A DNA stretch of 64,000 nt from Macrostomum lignano (lineage: Eukaryota): assembly GCA_002269645.1 (NCBI GenBank), contig NIVC01000894.1, positions 352,336-416,335 of the forward strand, given 5' to 3'. Position numbers and translations under genes: made by a program. This document shows, piece after piece, positions 23,270-35,481 of the stretch (positions within the stretch are counted from its first letter, which is position 1; each line of letters starts with the position of its first letter). The notes below the pieces were generated by a model. It had not been told where the DNA came from and did not search any database. It saw nothing but the letters and a program-made list of their open reading frames with translations.

Positions 23270-26050
23270 GCTTCTATGATTTTTTCATGACGCTTCTATG
23301 ATTTTTTACATGACGCTTCTATGATTTTTACATGACGCTTCTATGATTTTTTACATGACGCTTCTATGATTGTTTACATGACGCTTCTATGATTTTTATA
23401 TGACGTTTCTATGATTGTTTACATGACGCTTGTATGATTGTTTACATGACGCTTCTATGATTGTTTACAGTACGCTTCTATGATTTTTTACATGACGCTT
23501 CTATGATTGTTTACATGACGCTTCTATGATTGTTTACATGACGCTTCTATGATTTTTACATGACGCTTCTATGATTTTTTACATGACGCTTCTATGATTG
23601 TTTGCATGACGCTTCTATGATTGTTTACATGACGCTTCTATGATTGTTTACATGACGCCTCTACGATTTTTTACATGACGCTTCTATGATTGTTTACATG
23701 ACGCTTTTATGACTTTTTACATGACGCTTCTAAGATTTTTTACATGACGCTTCTAAGATTTTTTACATGACGCTTCTACGATTTTTTACATGACGCTTCT
23801 ATGATTGTTTACATGACGCTTCTATGATTGTTTACATGACGCTTCTATGATTGTTTACATGACGCTTCTAAGATTTTTACATGACGCTTCTACGATTTTT
23901 TACATGACGCTTCTATGATTGTTTACATGACGCTTCTATGATTGTTTACATGACGCTTCTATGATTGTTTACATGACGCTTTTATGATTTTTACATGACG
24001 CTTCTATGATTGCTTCATGACGCTTCTATGATTGTTTACATGACGCTTCTATGATTGTTTCGTGACGCTTCTATGATTGTTTACATTACGTTTCTATGAT
24101 TGTTTACATGACGCTTCTATGATTGTTTACATGACGCTTCTATGATTGTTTACATGACGCTTCTAGGATTGTTTACATGACGCTTCTATGATTGTTTACA
24201 TGACGCTTCTATGATTGTTTACATGACGCTTCTATGATTGTTTACATGACGCTTTTATGATTTTTACATGACGCTTCTATGATTGCTTCATGACGCTTCT
24301 ATGATTTTTACATGACGCTTCTATGATTTTTACATGACGCTTCTATGATTGTTTACATGACGCTTCTATGATTGTTTCGTGACGCTTCTATGATTGTTTA
24401 CATTACGTTTCTATGATTGTTTACATGACGCTTCTATGATTGTTTACATGACGCTTCTATGATTGTTTACATGACGCTTCTATGATTTTTACATGACGCT
24501 TCTATGATTGTTTACATGACGCTTCTATGATTGTTTACATGACGCTTTTATGATTTTTACATGACGCTTCTATGATTGCTTCATGACGCTTCTATGATTG
24601 TTTACATGACGCTTCTATGATTGTTTCGTGACGCTTCTATGATTGTTTACATTACGTTTCTATGATTGTTTACATGACGCTTCTATGATTGTTTACATGA
24701 CGCTTCTATGATTGTTTACATGACGCTTCTAGATTGTTTACATGACGCTTCTATGATTGTTTACATGACGCTTCTATGATTGTTTACATGACGCTTCTAT
24801 GATTGTTTACATGACGCTTTTATGATTTTTACATGACGCTTCTATGATTGCTTCATGACGCTTCTATGATTTTTACATGACGCTTCTATGATTTTTACAT
24901 GACGCTTCTATGATTGTTTACATGACGCTTCTATGATTGTTTCGTGACGCTTCTATGATTGTTTACATTACGTTTCTATGATTGTTTACATGACGCTTCT
25001 ATGATTGTTTACATGACGCTTCTATGATTGTTTACATGACGCTTCCATGATTTTTACATGACGCTTCTATGATTGTTTACATGACGCTTCTATGATTGTT
25101 TACATGACGCTTTTATGATTGTTTACATGACGCTTTTATGATTTTTACATGACGCTTCTATGATTGCTTCATGACGCTTCTATGATTTTTACATGACGCT
25201 TCTATGATTGTTTACATGACGCTTCTATGATTGTTTACATTACGTTTCTATGATTGTTTACATGACGCTTCTATGATTGTTTACATGACGCTTCTATGAT
25301 TGTTTACATGACGCTTCTAGGATTGTTTACATGACGCTTCTATGATTGTTTACATGACGCTTCTATGATTGTTTACATGACGCTTCTATGATTGTTTACA
25401 TGACGCTTTTATGATTTTTACATGACGCTTCTATGATTGCTTCATGACGCTTCTATGATTTTTACATGACGCTTCTATGATTGTTTACATGACGCTTCTA
25501 TGATTGTTTACATGACGCTTCTATGATTGTTTCGTGACGCTTCTATGATTGTTTACATTACGTTTCTATGATTGTTTACATGACGCTTCTAGATTGTTTA
25601 CATGACGCTTCTATGATTGTTTACATGACGCTTCTATGATTGTTTACATGACGCTTCTATGATTGTTTACATGACGCTTCTATGATTGTTTACATGACGC
25701 TTCTATGATTTTTTAAAAATGACGCTTCTATGATTGTTTACATGACGCTTCTATGACTGTTTACACAACGCTTCTATGATTTTTTAAAAATGACGCTTCT
25801 ATGATTTTTATATAACGCTTCTACGATTTTTTACATGGCGCTTCTATGATTTTTTAAATGACGCTTCTATGATTGTTTACATGACGCTTCTATGATTGTT
25901 TACATGACGCTTCTATGATTTTTTACATGACGCTTCTATGATTTTTTACATGACGCTTCTATGATTGTTTACATGACACTTCTATGATTTTTTACATGAC
26001 GCTTCTATGATTTTTATATGACGCTTCTATGATTTTTTACATGATGCTTC
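23270..26050. repeat. 23-bp minisatellite inside Helitron copy c (~120 units)
   Basis: Same unit as copies a and b, about twice as long. Recurrent variants (ACATTACGTTTC, GTTTCGTGACG) mark internal duplications. Confidence 0.95.
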
Positions 26051-27606
26051 TTTTTAAAAAGTCTTTTAGTTTTCCTGACGTTGAAAAGCTTTAATTAAAA
26101 AAATTGTACTCTATGAAAATTCGAACCATTGTCGCTGCATTTGGCAGTTCAGTTTGTTCACCTCTAGGCTAGCTCTCATCGTTTTGATAACATCAAATTT
26201 TGCACTTATATAATTCAACACTTTAAAATCCAAGCATAGAGTAAATCACACGAAGCAGTTATGACATAATCAGTTTCTCAGTCAGTCAGTATCAGTTAAC
26301 AATATGGTTACGCAATTTAAATCAAGTCTGGTGCTACGCTTCCACACTGTATTTTCAATTCAAGTCGGAGGTACAATTCAGTTATGATGCAATCTATTTC
26401 AGAATCAGAATTCAACCAGTCAGTTTTTTCTCTAGCATTCTTACAATGCATTTCAAGTCGAAAGAGCTGCTTGACCTTTGCAAGAAAGCATGTTTTTCGA
26501 ATATTTAATGCCTTTAGCATCGAGCAATTTCTTAGCCACGATGCATGTACAGTCACGGGAAAATTTCTGATCGAACAGTGCAAGTTCGAACAAAATCGGT
26601 CCAGCCATTTTTTCTCTAATCGATCACATAGACACAGACAGACCATTTTTAGTATATAGGATTTATATGGGAATTGGTTTATAAAAAACCTATTTATTTA
26701 CATGGCTTTATACTAGTTGTAAAATTCTTATCACACCAATTATCATATTTTCAATGGATGACTTCTCAATCTTTTTTATTTATTACTCTAGTAATTCAAT
26801 AATTCTTCAACTAAAAAGCAAAAATTAGAATTTTCTAAAAAAAACTTGGAGTTAGAAACTTGAAACACCTATCTTTAGATTTTTATAGTGTTAATAAAGA
26901 AACTTATATTAAAAATCTAGATAAATTAATACATAAATACAATAGTTTTATCTAGATTCTAGACTAAATATTTGTCTAGGAATTTAATACCCAAAAAATT
27001 ATTTAAATCAAATTTTAAGCAAATTAAGTATTAATTTTCCCATTTTAACACTGTTTTTAATCATTTTAGTATTCTTCTATGCTGTAGCATTTTATTAGGG
27101 AGGAATATTTTTACTATACATTTATATTGGGATATATTGGATTTAAACAAAGTTATCCTTGGATGAATGAAATTAATTTACAAATATGAGCATAAGATTT
27201 ACTTTACTCATTGAATATATATATATTGACAGAAGATTACTATGATAGTAGCTAACTACTGAAGGACCATTTACAACATGAATACACTATTAGAAAACAC
27301 TATTACATTCTTGATTATAATTTTATATTTATTTGTTAAAAAGAAAATATTTACTCAATATCTACCGCAAAGATTGACAAAATATACAACCGAATGCAAG
27401 GCTTCCACCAAAATAACTCTCATGTAAAAAATAGTTTTTTTCTAGTGAAAATCGTATCCAGAATATATCATCTACAGTTTAAGTTTGAGCAATTTTTCTG
27501 AAATCAATCAGATGGACATTTTAAATTCAGTTTTAGTAAATTGGAATGAATTTTTTTACAAAGTTGCTATCAGTTTTTTTATTACAACAGACAGTTTATT
27601 ACAACA

Positions 27607-27990
27607 GTCTGTATCGGATGGAGTGCCCAGTCTGTATCGGATGGAGTGCCCAGTCTGGATCAGTTGGAGTGCCCAGTCTGTATCGGATGGAGTGCCCAGT
27701 CTGTATCAGATGGAGTGCCCAGCATGGCAGTATGTATCGAATGGAGTGCCCAGTCACAGTCAGCTGGAGTGCCCAGTCTGTATCGGATGGAGTGCCCAGT
27801 CTGGATCAGTTGGAGTGCCCAGTCTGTATCGGATGGAGTGCCCAGTCTGTATCGGATGGAGTGCCCAGTCTGTATCAGATGGAGTGCCCAGCATGACAGT
27901 ATGTATCAAATGGAGTGCCCAGTCACAGTCAGCTGGAGTGCCCAGTCTGTATCGGATGGAGTGCCTAGTCACTATCAGATGGAGTGCCCA
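27607..27990. repeat. 23-bp minisatellite (GTCTGTATCGGATGGAGTGCCCA) next to the tetraspanin exon-3 donor
   Basis: About 16 units with variants. Confidence 0.9.
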
Positions 27991-27996
27991 GCTTAC

Positions 27997-30844
27997 CTGC
28001 TGGTGAAAGTTGGCCAGCTTAGTAGGGCACTGGCTACCATTGATGAGGTACTTCTTGAAGTCACTCCAGTCGTCATGTTCGGCCAGGTATTTAGCGCCAT
28101 CATCGGTGAGTTGGCAGCAGGAGGCTGGGATCAGCATCGGTCGGTTGTCAAATTTTGGATTGGCCCGGCTCCAGGTGCTGTTCACGGTAATGTCAGTGTA
28201 GTTGGTGACTCCGCAACAGCGAAGCTACATTTCGAAAGTTGGTTAAAATGGGTTATAAGCTGATTGTATTTTGCTATTTTATATAGCTATTATATAAAGG
28301 TTCGATAAACCAATTGCGATTTGACACCCTTGAGGGCTAACAACCCCTAAGACAACTGAAAGTGCACATGCTTGACGAATAGAACGTCAAAGGGCCGCTC
28401 TACACCCTATGTGAGCTGACGTCAAGACTACTGGGGAATTGCTGAGAAGTCAAGGCTTACTGGGGGAATTTCTGAGATGTCAAGACTTACTGGGGGGATT
28501 TCTGAGATGTCAAGACTTACTGGGGGGATTTCTGAGATGTCAAGACTTACTGGGGGGATTTCTGAGATGTCAAGACTTACTGGGAGGGATTTCTGAGATG
28601 TCAAGACTTACTGGGGGGATTTCTGAGATGTCAAGACTTACTGGGAGGGATTTCTGAGATGTCAAGGCTTACTGGGGGGATTTCTGAGATGTCACGACTT
28701 ACTGGTGGGATTTCTGAGATGTCAAGGCTTACTGGGAGGGATTTCTGAGATGCCAAGACTTACTGGGATGGATTTCTGAGATGCCAAGACTTACTGGGAT
28801 GGATTTCTGAGATGTCAAGACTTACTGGGATGGATTTCTGAGATGCCAAGACTTACTGGGATGGATTTCTGAGATGCCAAGACTTACTGGGATGGATTTC
28901 TGAGATGCCAAGACTTACTGGGATGGATTTCTGAGATGCCAAGACTTACTGGGATGGATTTCTGAGATGCCAAGACTTACTGGGATGGATTTCTGAGATG
29001 CCAAGACTTACTGGGATGGATTTCTGAGATGCCAAGACTTACTGGGATGGATTTCTGAGATGCCAAGACTTACTGGGATGGATTTCTGAGATGCCAAGAG
29101 TTACTGGGATGGATTTCTGAGATGCCAAGACTTACTGGGGGGATTTCTGAGATGCCAAGACTTACTGGGGGGATTTCTGAGATGCCAAGACTTACTGGGA
29201 TGGATTTCTGAGATGCCAAGACTTACTGGGATGGATTTCTGAGATGTCAAGACTTACTGGGGGGATTTCTGAGATGTCAAGGCTTACTGGGGGGATTTCT
29301 GAGATGTCAAGGCTTACTGGGGGGATTTCTGAGATGTCAAGACATACTGGGAGTGATTTCTGAGATGTCAAGACTTACTGGGAGGGATTTCTGAGATGTC
29401 AAGACTTACTGGGGGGATTTCTGAGATGTCAAGGCTTACTGGGGGGATTTCTGAGATGTCAAGGCTTACTGGGGGGATTTCTGAGATGTCAAGGCTTACT
29501 GGGGGGATTTCTGAGATGTCAAGGCTTACTGGGAGGGATTTCTGAGATGTCAAGACTTACTGGGAGGGATTTCTGAGATGTCAAGACTTACTGGGAGGGA
29601 TTTCTGAGATGTCATAGTTTATTCAGTTTTTTATTCCCTTCTTTGAAAAAAATTATCTCACAGCAAAATTTCTGATCGAATGTTGCAAGTTTGAAAAAAA
29701 TCAGTTGAGCCGTTTTTTCCGAAATCGATCACACCCGCCCACACGCACAGACAAACCATTTTTAGTATATGGATTCTCACGTGGCACAAGATTGCTATTA
29801 AGTATACTAATTGTTTTGAATAATCTTATTACCGAAACGTGAATGCTGTTCATAATCCGCGAGACAATATCTTTGCTGTCAGTCTGGTTTTCGGATACAG
29901 GACCCAGCTGGTTGTACGGTTTGAATAGATCTCTGTCAGTCTTTCTTAGAGCACGAGTCGCCTCGTCTTGCAGGCGGCCTTTGAAGACAACCGCGAGTCC
30001 AATTACGATGAGCTGACCTAGTAGGAGGATCGTCATGACCACCATGTACTGAAATGCAGGGGGTTGTGGCGGTGACTGAGATGAGGCAAGTATGAGTTTT
30101 TGGGGGCTGTAGCCTAGTGGTCAGAGCGTCGGACTTCCGACTAGAAGGTTGGAGGTTCGATTCTCGACCCACTTAAAACAATTTGTTTCCTTGAGCAAGA
30201 CACTTATTTCTGCATTGCTTAATTCAGTTCAACCAGCTGTAAAATGGGTGCCAGCATTAGCTGGGGTAATTGAGGCTGTGTGTGGTGACCCCCCAGTCCT
30301 TGGACTGAACAGCCGTACGCAGCTTTCAGATGCACCGCGCATAGCTGTGGCTGAGCTGTCGGTTGCACATCTGCTCATTAGCTGGCAGGTGTAATCAGTT
30401 ATTATTATTATTAACCATGACCATGTACAGTACATGTGAAATTCGATTCTTTCAAGTGAGTAGAAACTTTTTACTTAGCTAGTTTTGCTCGTGTATACTG
30501 AAACTTTTTACAACTGGAACAAAATGTCAGATCCATGTCAGATCTGGCTCTATACTCACAAACTTCAGCATGCAGACGTTCTCCTTCATGGCACCGAAGC
30601 AGCCGCTGATGGTGAGCAGCAGGCAGAAGACGCTGATCACTATGATGATGATCGCGGCAGACATCAGCTGCAGCCTGTTGGCCAGAGTCTTCAGCTCGCT
30701 GTCCTCAGGCGCGGATTCCATCTTGCTGATCGCTCGACCTCGATAAACAGCTACCCAGATGCCGATGCCAAGGACCGCTAGACTGAACACGGCAAAGACC
30801 GCGTTAACAATGAACAGGACGATTTTGCTGATTGATCGACACAT
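27997..30844 (-). CDS. Tetraspanin (TM1-TM3 and most of EC2); terminal exon(s) not confidently located
   Basis: Exons 30844-30560, 30048-29833 and 28224-27997, all phase 0. Hydrophobic TM1-3, GCFGA in TM2, CCG motif and PASCC. 243 aa up to the donor at 27996. Confidence 0.85.
28310..29773 (-). mobile_element. Helitron-like element in tetraspanin intron 2
   Basis: Clear 5' end A|TCCATATACTAAAAATGG at 29773, with ~130 bp homologous to family 1. The 3' end is only tentative (weak hairpin ACCCT-TG-AGGGC and TTGG at 28310). Confidence 0.5.
28425..29615. repeat. 30-bp minisatellite (CAAGACTTACTGGGGGGATTTCTGAGATGT)
   Basis: About 39 units. Confidence 0.95.
30102..30413 (+). mobile_element. tRNA(Arg-like)-derived SINE in tetraspanin intron 1
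   Basis: A box TAGCCTAGTGG (30110-30120), B box GGTTCGATT (30154-30162), central CCTTGAGCAAGACACTT...CTGTAAAATGGG domain and (TTA)n tail. A second copy lies at 35482-35780. Confidence 0.85.
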
Positions 30845-31401
30845 GTCTGCACTGCTTGACTGTAGGACTGGGACCGAGAGGAGCGATTTAAAAGTACAGA
30901 AGCGCAGAACCTAACTTCAATACCAGCGATGGATGGAAAGGTTTTAGGCAGTAAAAACCAACGGTTTTTATACTTGCAGCCTAGCAGCACAGGAGAGAGA
31001 ATTCGACTGGCCGATTGGCTTATTAGATTTCTGTTTCTACGGAGGGCCTGACCTGTGCGCAGGTATAGGACCTACGCGCAAGTCGTTTTCTGTGCGTCAT
31101 TCGGCTTTGCTGGTGGTAAAACGATCGAATCTCGCGCACGCACGCAGGAAGCCAGAGAGCGGCATTTAATTGGACATTCAGAATGCTAAACTACGCTTGG
31201 CTCTTGCATGTCTAGGATCGAGTGGTTTTTTATCCAGCGTTTTCTGACTATGGTTGGTCCCAGTAAAAGCATTCGCGTGTAGCGAATTCCAGCATTTGTT
31301 ATACCGTGCCAGGCCGAATTGAATACCGAAGCTATGTATTTGATATGTATGTAGCTCGTGTAAACAGTCCCTGGGTAGAGAGTTTAGCTTACTGTAACTG
31401 G

Positions 31402-32471
31402 CTGACCCCAGCTAGACCCCGCTGTGCTAAATGCTGACTCCAGCTGGACCCCCCGCTGTGCTAAATGCTGACTCCAGCTGGACACCCCGCTGTGCTAAAT
31501 GCTGACTCCAACTGGACACCCCGCTGTGCTAAATGCTGACTCCAGCTGGACCCCCCGCTGTGCTAAATGCTAACTCCAGCTGGACCCCCCGCTGTGCTAA
31601 ATGCTGACTCCAACTGGACACCCCGCTGTGCTAAATGCTGACTCCAACTGGACACCCCGCTGCGCTAAATGCTGACTCCAACTGGACACCCCGCTGTGCT
31701 AAATGCTGACTCCAACTGGACACCCCGCTGTGCTAAATGCTGACTCCAACTGGACACCCCGCTGTGCTAAATGCTGACTCCAGCTGGACCCCCCGCTGTG
31801 CTAAATGCTGACTCCAGCTGGACCCCCCGCTGTGCTAAATGCTGACTCCAGCTGGACACCCCGCTGTGCTAAATGCTGACTCCAACTGGACACCCCGCTG
31901 TGCTAAATGCTGACTCCAGCTGGACCCCCCGCTGTGCTAAATGCTGACTCCAACTGGACACCCCGCTGTGCTAAATGCTGACTCCAACTGGACACCCCGC
32001 TGTGCTAAATGCTGACTCCAGCTGGACCCCCCGCTGTGCTAAATGCTGACTCCAACTGGACACCCCGCTGTGCTAAATGCTGACTCCAGCTGGACACCCC
32101 GCTGTGCTAAATGCTGACTCCAACTGGACACCCCGCTGTGCTAAATGCTGACTCCAGTTGGACACCCCGCTGTGCTAAATGCTGACTCCAGTTGGACACC
32201 CCGCTGTGCTAAATGCTGACTCCAACTGGACACCCCGCTGTGCTAAATGCTGACTCCAACTGGACACCCCGCTGTGCTAAATGCTGACTCCAGCTGGACC
32301 CCCCGCTGTGCTAAATGCTGACTCCAGCTGGACACCCCGCTGTGCTAAATGCTGACTCCAGTTGGACACCCCGCTGTGCTAAATGCTGACTCCAGTTGGA
32401 CACCCCGCTGTGCTAAATGCTGACTCCAACTGGACCCCCGCTGTGCTAAATGCTGACTCCAGTTGGACACC
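31402..32471 (+). repeat. 34-bp minisatellite (GCTGTGCTAAATGCTGACTCCARCTGGACMCCCC)
   Basis: About 31 units. Confidence 0.95.
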
Positions 32472-32830
32472 ATGCCAGCTAGGCTTCCAGCCCTTCAAGC
32501 TGCAGCTCTGCTATATTGTACAGTCCAATTCTAAAATGTCAGGACTGCAGCCTATGCAGTCCTGACACTTTGACCCCAGCGTCTCTGGCACGAGATCGGC
32601 AGCTAAATAAACAAGTGCGCTAAATATTTTGAAGGCTTGTAGCACTCAGAACGGAAATCCGTTTTGTCATTTCAACATTCTCCCCTGTTTGGTGTTGTGG
32701 CGATTTGCGTTGCATCAAGTGTTTTGCGTGTCACATGGCCTGAATCATAGTATTGCATGTTTTTGTAAACAATCCTTGACTTCATTGCTTCTGCATCGAT
32801 GCATCACCTTTTAAACTGTAAAAATGCGTT

Positions 32831-34185
32831 GTGTCTTAGTGTCTTAGTGTCTTAGTGTCTTAGTGTCTTAGTGTCTTAGTGTCTTAGTGTCTTAGTGTCT
32901 TAGTGTCTTAGTGTCTTAGTGTCTTAGTGTCTTAGTGTCTTAGTGTCTTAGTGTCTTAGTGTCTTAGTGTCTTAGTGTCTTAGTGTCTTAGTGTCTTAGT
33001 GTCTTAGTGTCTTAGTGTCTTAGTGTCTTAGTGTCTTACTGTCTTACTGTCTTAGTGTCTTAGTGTCTTAGTGTCTTAGTGTCTTACTGTCTTACTGTCT
33101 TAGTGTCTTACTGTCTTAGTGTCTTAGTGTCTTAGTGTCTTAGTGTCTTAGTGTCTTACTGTCTTACTGTCTTACTGTCTTAGTGTCCTAGTGTCTTAGT
33201 TTCTTAGTGTCTTAGTGTCTTAGTGTCTTACTGTCTTACTGTCTTACTGTCTTACTGTCTTAGTGTCCTAGTGTCTTAGTTTCTTAGTGTCTTAGTGTCT
33301 TAGTGTCTTACTGTCTTACTGTCTTACTGTCTTACCGTCTTACTGTCTTACTGTCTTACTGTCTTAGTGTCTTAGGGTCTTACTAATTTGGTGTCTTAGT
33401 GTCTTAGTGTCTTTGTGTCTTGTCTTACTGTCTTAGTGTCTTAGTGTCTTAGTGTCTTAGTGTCTTACTGTCTTACTGTCTTACTGTCTTACTGTCTTAG
33501 TGTCTTAGTGTCTTAGTGTCTTAGTGTCTTAGTGTCTTACTGTCTTACTGTCTTACTGTCTTAGTGTCCTAGTGTCTTAGTTTCTTAGTGTCTTAGTGTC
33601 TTAGTGTCTTACTGTCTTACTGTCTTACTGTCTTACCGTCTTACTGTCTTACTGTCTTACTGTCTTAGTGTCTTAGGGTCTTACTAATTTGGTGTCTTAG
33701 TGTCTTAGTGTCTTTGTGTCTTGTCTTACTGTCTTAGTGTCTTAGTGTCTTAGTGTCTTAGTGTCTTACTGTCTTACTGTCTTACCGTCTTACTGTCTTA
33801 CTGTCTTACTGTCTTAGTGTCCTAGTGTCTTAGTTTCTTAGTGTCTTAGTGTCTTAGTGTCTTACTGTCTTAGTGTCTTAGTGTCTTAGTGTCTTAGTGT
33901 CTTAGTGTCTTAGTGTCTTAGTGTCTTACTGTCTTACTGTCTTACTGTCTTACTGTCTTACCGTCTTACTGTCTTAGTGTCTTAGGGTCTTACTAATTTG
34001 GTGTCTTAGTGTCTTAGTGTCTTAGTGTCTTAGGGTCTTACTGTTTTGGTGTCTTAGTGTCTTAGTGTCTTAGTGTCTTAGTGCCTTACTGTATTAGTGT
34101 CTTAGCGTCTTAGTGTCTTAGTGTCTTTGTGTCTTTGTGTCTTTGTGTCTTTGTATCTTAGTGTCTTACTCTTACTGTCCTACTG
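32831..34185. repeat. 8-bp tandem repeat (GTGTCTTA/CTGTCTTA)n
   Basis: About 165 units; the interruption AGGGTCTTACTAATTTGG recurs about every 300 bp. Confidence 0.95.
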
Positions 34186-34325
34186 TCTTATTCCTATTTA
34201 TCTCTTTTCTCCCCACAGAGATCCCCAAATGGTAAAGTGGTCGGTTTTAGGCATAACGGGAGATATTTGCTCCAAATGTTTTCGGGCTTCATTTTGACTC
34301 TTAAGTTCTTCGCGTCCTCTTTACA

Positions 34326-34910
34326 CATTTAGCACAGCTGGAATCTCAGCATTTAGCACAGCTGGAATCTCAGAATTTAGCACAGCTGGAATCTCAGCAT
34401 TTAGCACAGCTGGAATCTCAGCATTAAGCACAGCTGGAATCTCAGCATTAGCACAGCTGGAATCTCAGCATTTAGCACAGCTGGAATCTCAGCATTAAGC
34501 ACAGCTGGAATCTCAGCATTTAGCACAGCTGGAATCTCAGCATTTAGCACAGCTGGAATCTCAGCATTAAGCACAGCTGGAATCTCAGCATTTAGCACAG
34601 CTGGAATCTCAGCATTTAGCACAGCTGGAATCTCAGCATTTAGCACAGCTGGAATCTCAGCATTTAGCACAGCTGGAATCTCAGCATTTAGCACAGCTGG
34701 AATCTCAGAATTTAGCACAGCTGGAATCTCAGAATTTAGCACAGCTGGAATCTCAGCATTTAGCACAGCTGGAATCTCAGCATTTAGCACAGCTGGAATC
34801 TCAGCATTTAGCACAGCTGGAATCTCAGCATTTAGCACAGCTGGAATCTCAGCATTTAGCACAGCTGGAATCTCAGCATTTAGCATCGCGGTGGGTCCAG
34901 TTGGAGTCAG
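34326..34910 (-). repeat. 24-bp minisatellite, inverted relative of the 34-bp array
   Basis: Minus-strand unit GCTGTGCTAAATGCTGAGATTCCA, about 23 units. Confidence 0.95.
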
Positions 34911-35481
34911 TGAAATAATGTGAATTCCAAAGAGGCAGTTTTCCAGCTTGATTCGCAAGAATTTCATTTTTTTAAAATATGGATATTTTCAAAGCTAGGT
35001 AGAAGCTACTTCGCAGTTTCATTTCGAACTACGCAGTGATGGGGATCGGTATTTTACTGGAGAACCATTCCAGTGATTTCGCTACGTGATATTGACGCTA
35101 ATTTTTAGAAATTCGCAAAATATGAAAAACACAGCAAATATATTTAAATTTGCACGTTTGAGGTATTTCGATTTTAATTTATTTCAGTAAATGTGTTAAT
35201 AACCAATGTCGATCGGTAGACACGACTTCATCGGAGAAGCTGAACACACAGTACAATACTTGGGTTAAATAATTCATTACTGTAGTGAAATTAGCTATAA
35301 TGATGTGTACCAGTGCCAGTTTGTTATAGGTAACTATAAACAACAAATTATTGATCCATGAATATTAATCAATATTATTTGGATAAAGGATAAAGTCACA
35401 AGTTAGATATGGGGCATGCAGTTATATCACTATTTGGGGCTTGGGTTGGGGCCAAGATGACTCACCCCTTATAACCACTTC

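Larger units (their letters stand above)
22067..26661 (-). mobile_element. Non-autonomous Helitron family 1, solo copy c
   Basis: Plus strand reads ...ATGTGA|CTAG...TATAGGA|TTTATA. This is insertion between A and T with no TSD, 5' TC, and 3' hairpin plus CTAG, the canonical Helitron signature. Confidence 0.92.

Noticed and set aside
6592-26659. Recurrent 90-110 aa ORFs (MMQSISESEFNQ... and their antisense)
   Set aside because: They lie in the non-coding 5' module of the Helitron copies. There are no Rep (HUH/Y2) or helicase motifs, and they recur only because the element is repeated.
26662-27480. Possible mitochondrial insertion (very AT-rich)
   Set aside because: I could not read any recognisable mitochondrial protein, rRNA or tRNA motif. 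Treated as intronic or intergenic DNA.
30102-30170. Functional tRNA gene (also 35482-35550)
   Set aside because: Acceptor and anticodon stems do not pair properly, and both heads continue into a shared SINE body and tail.
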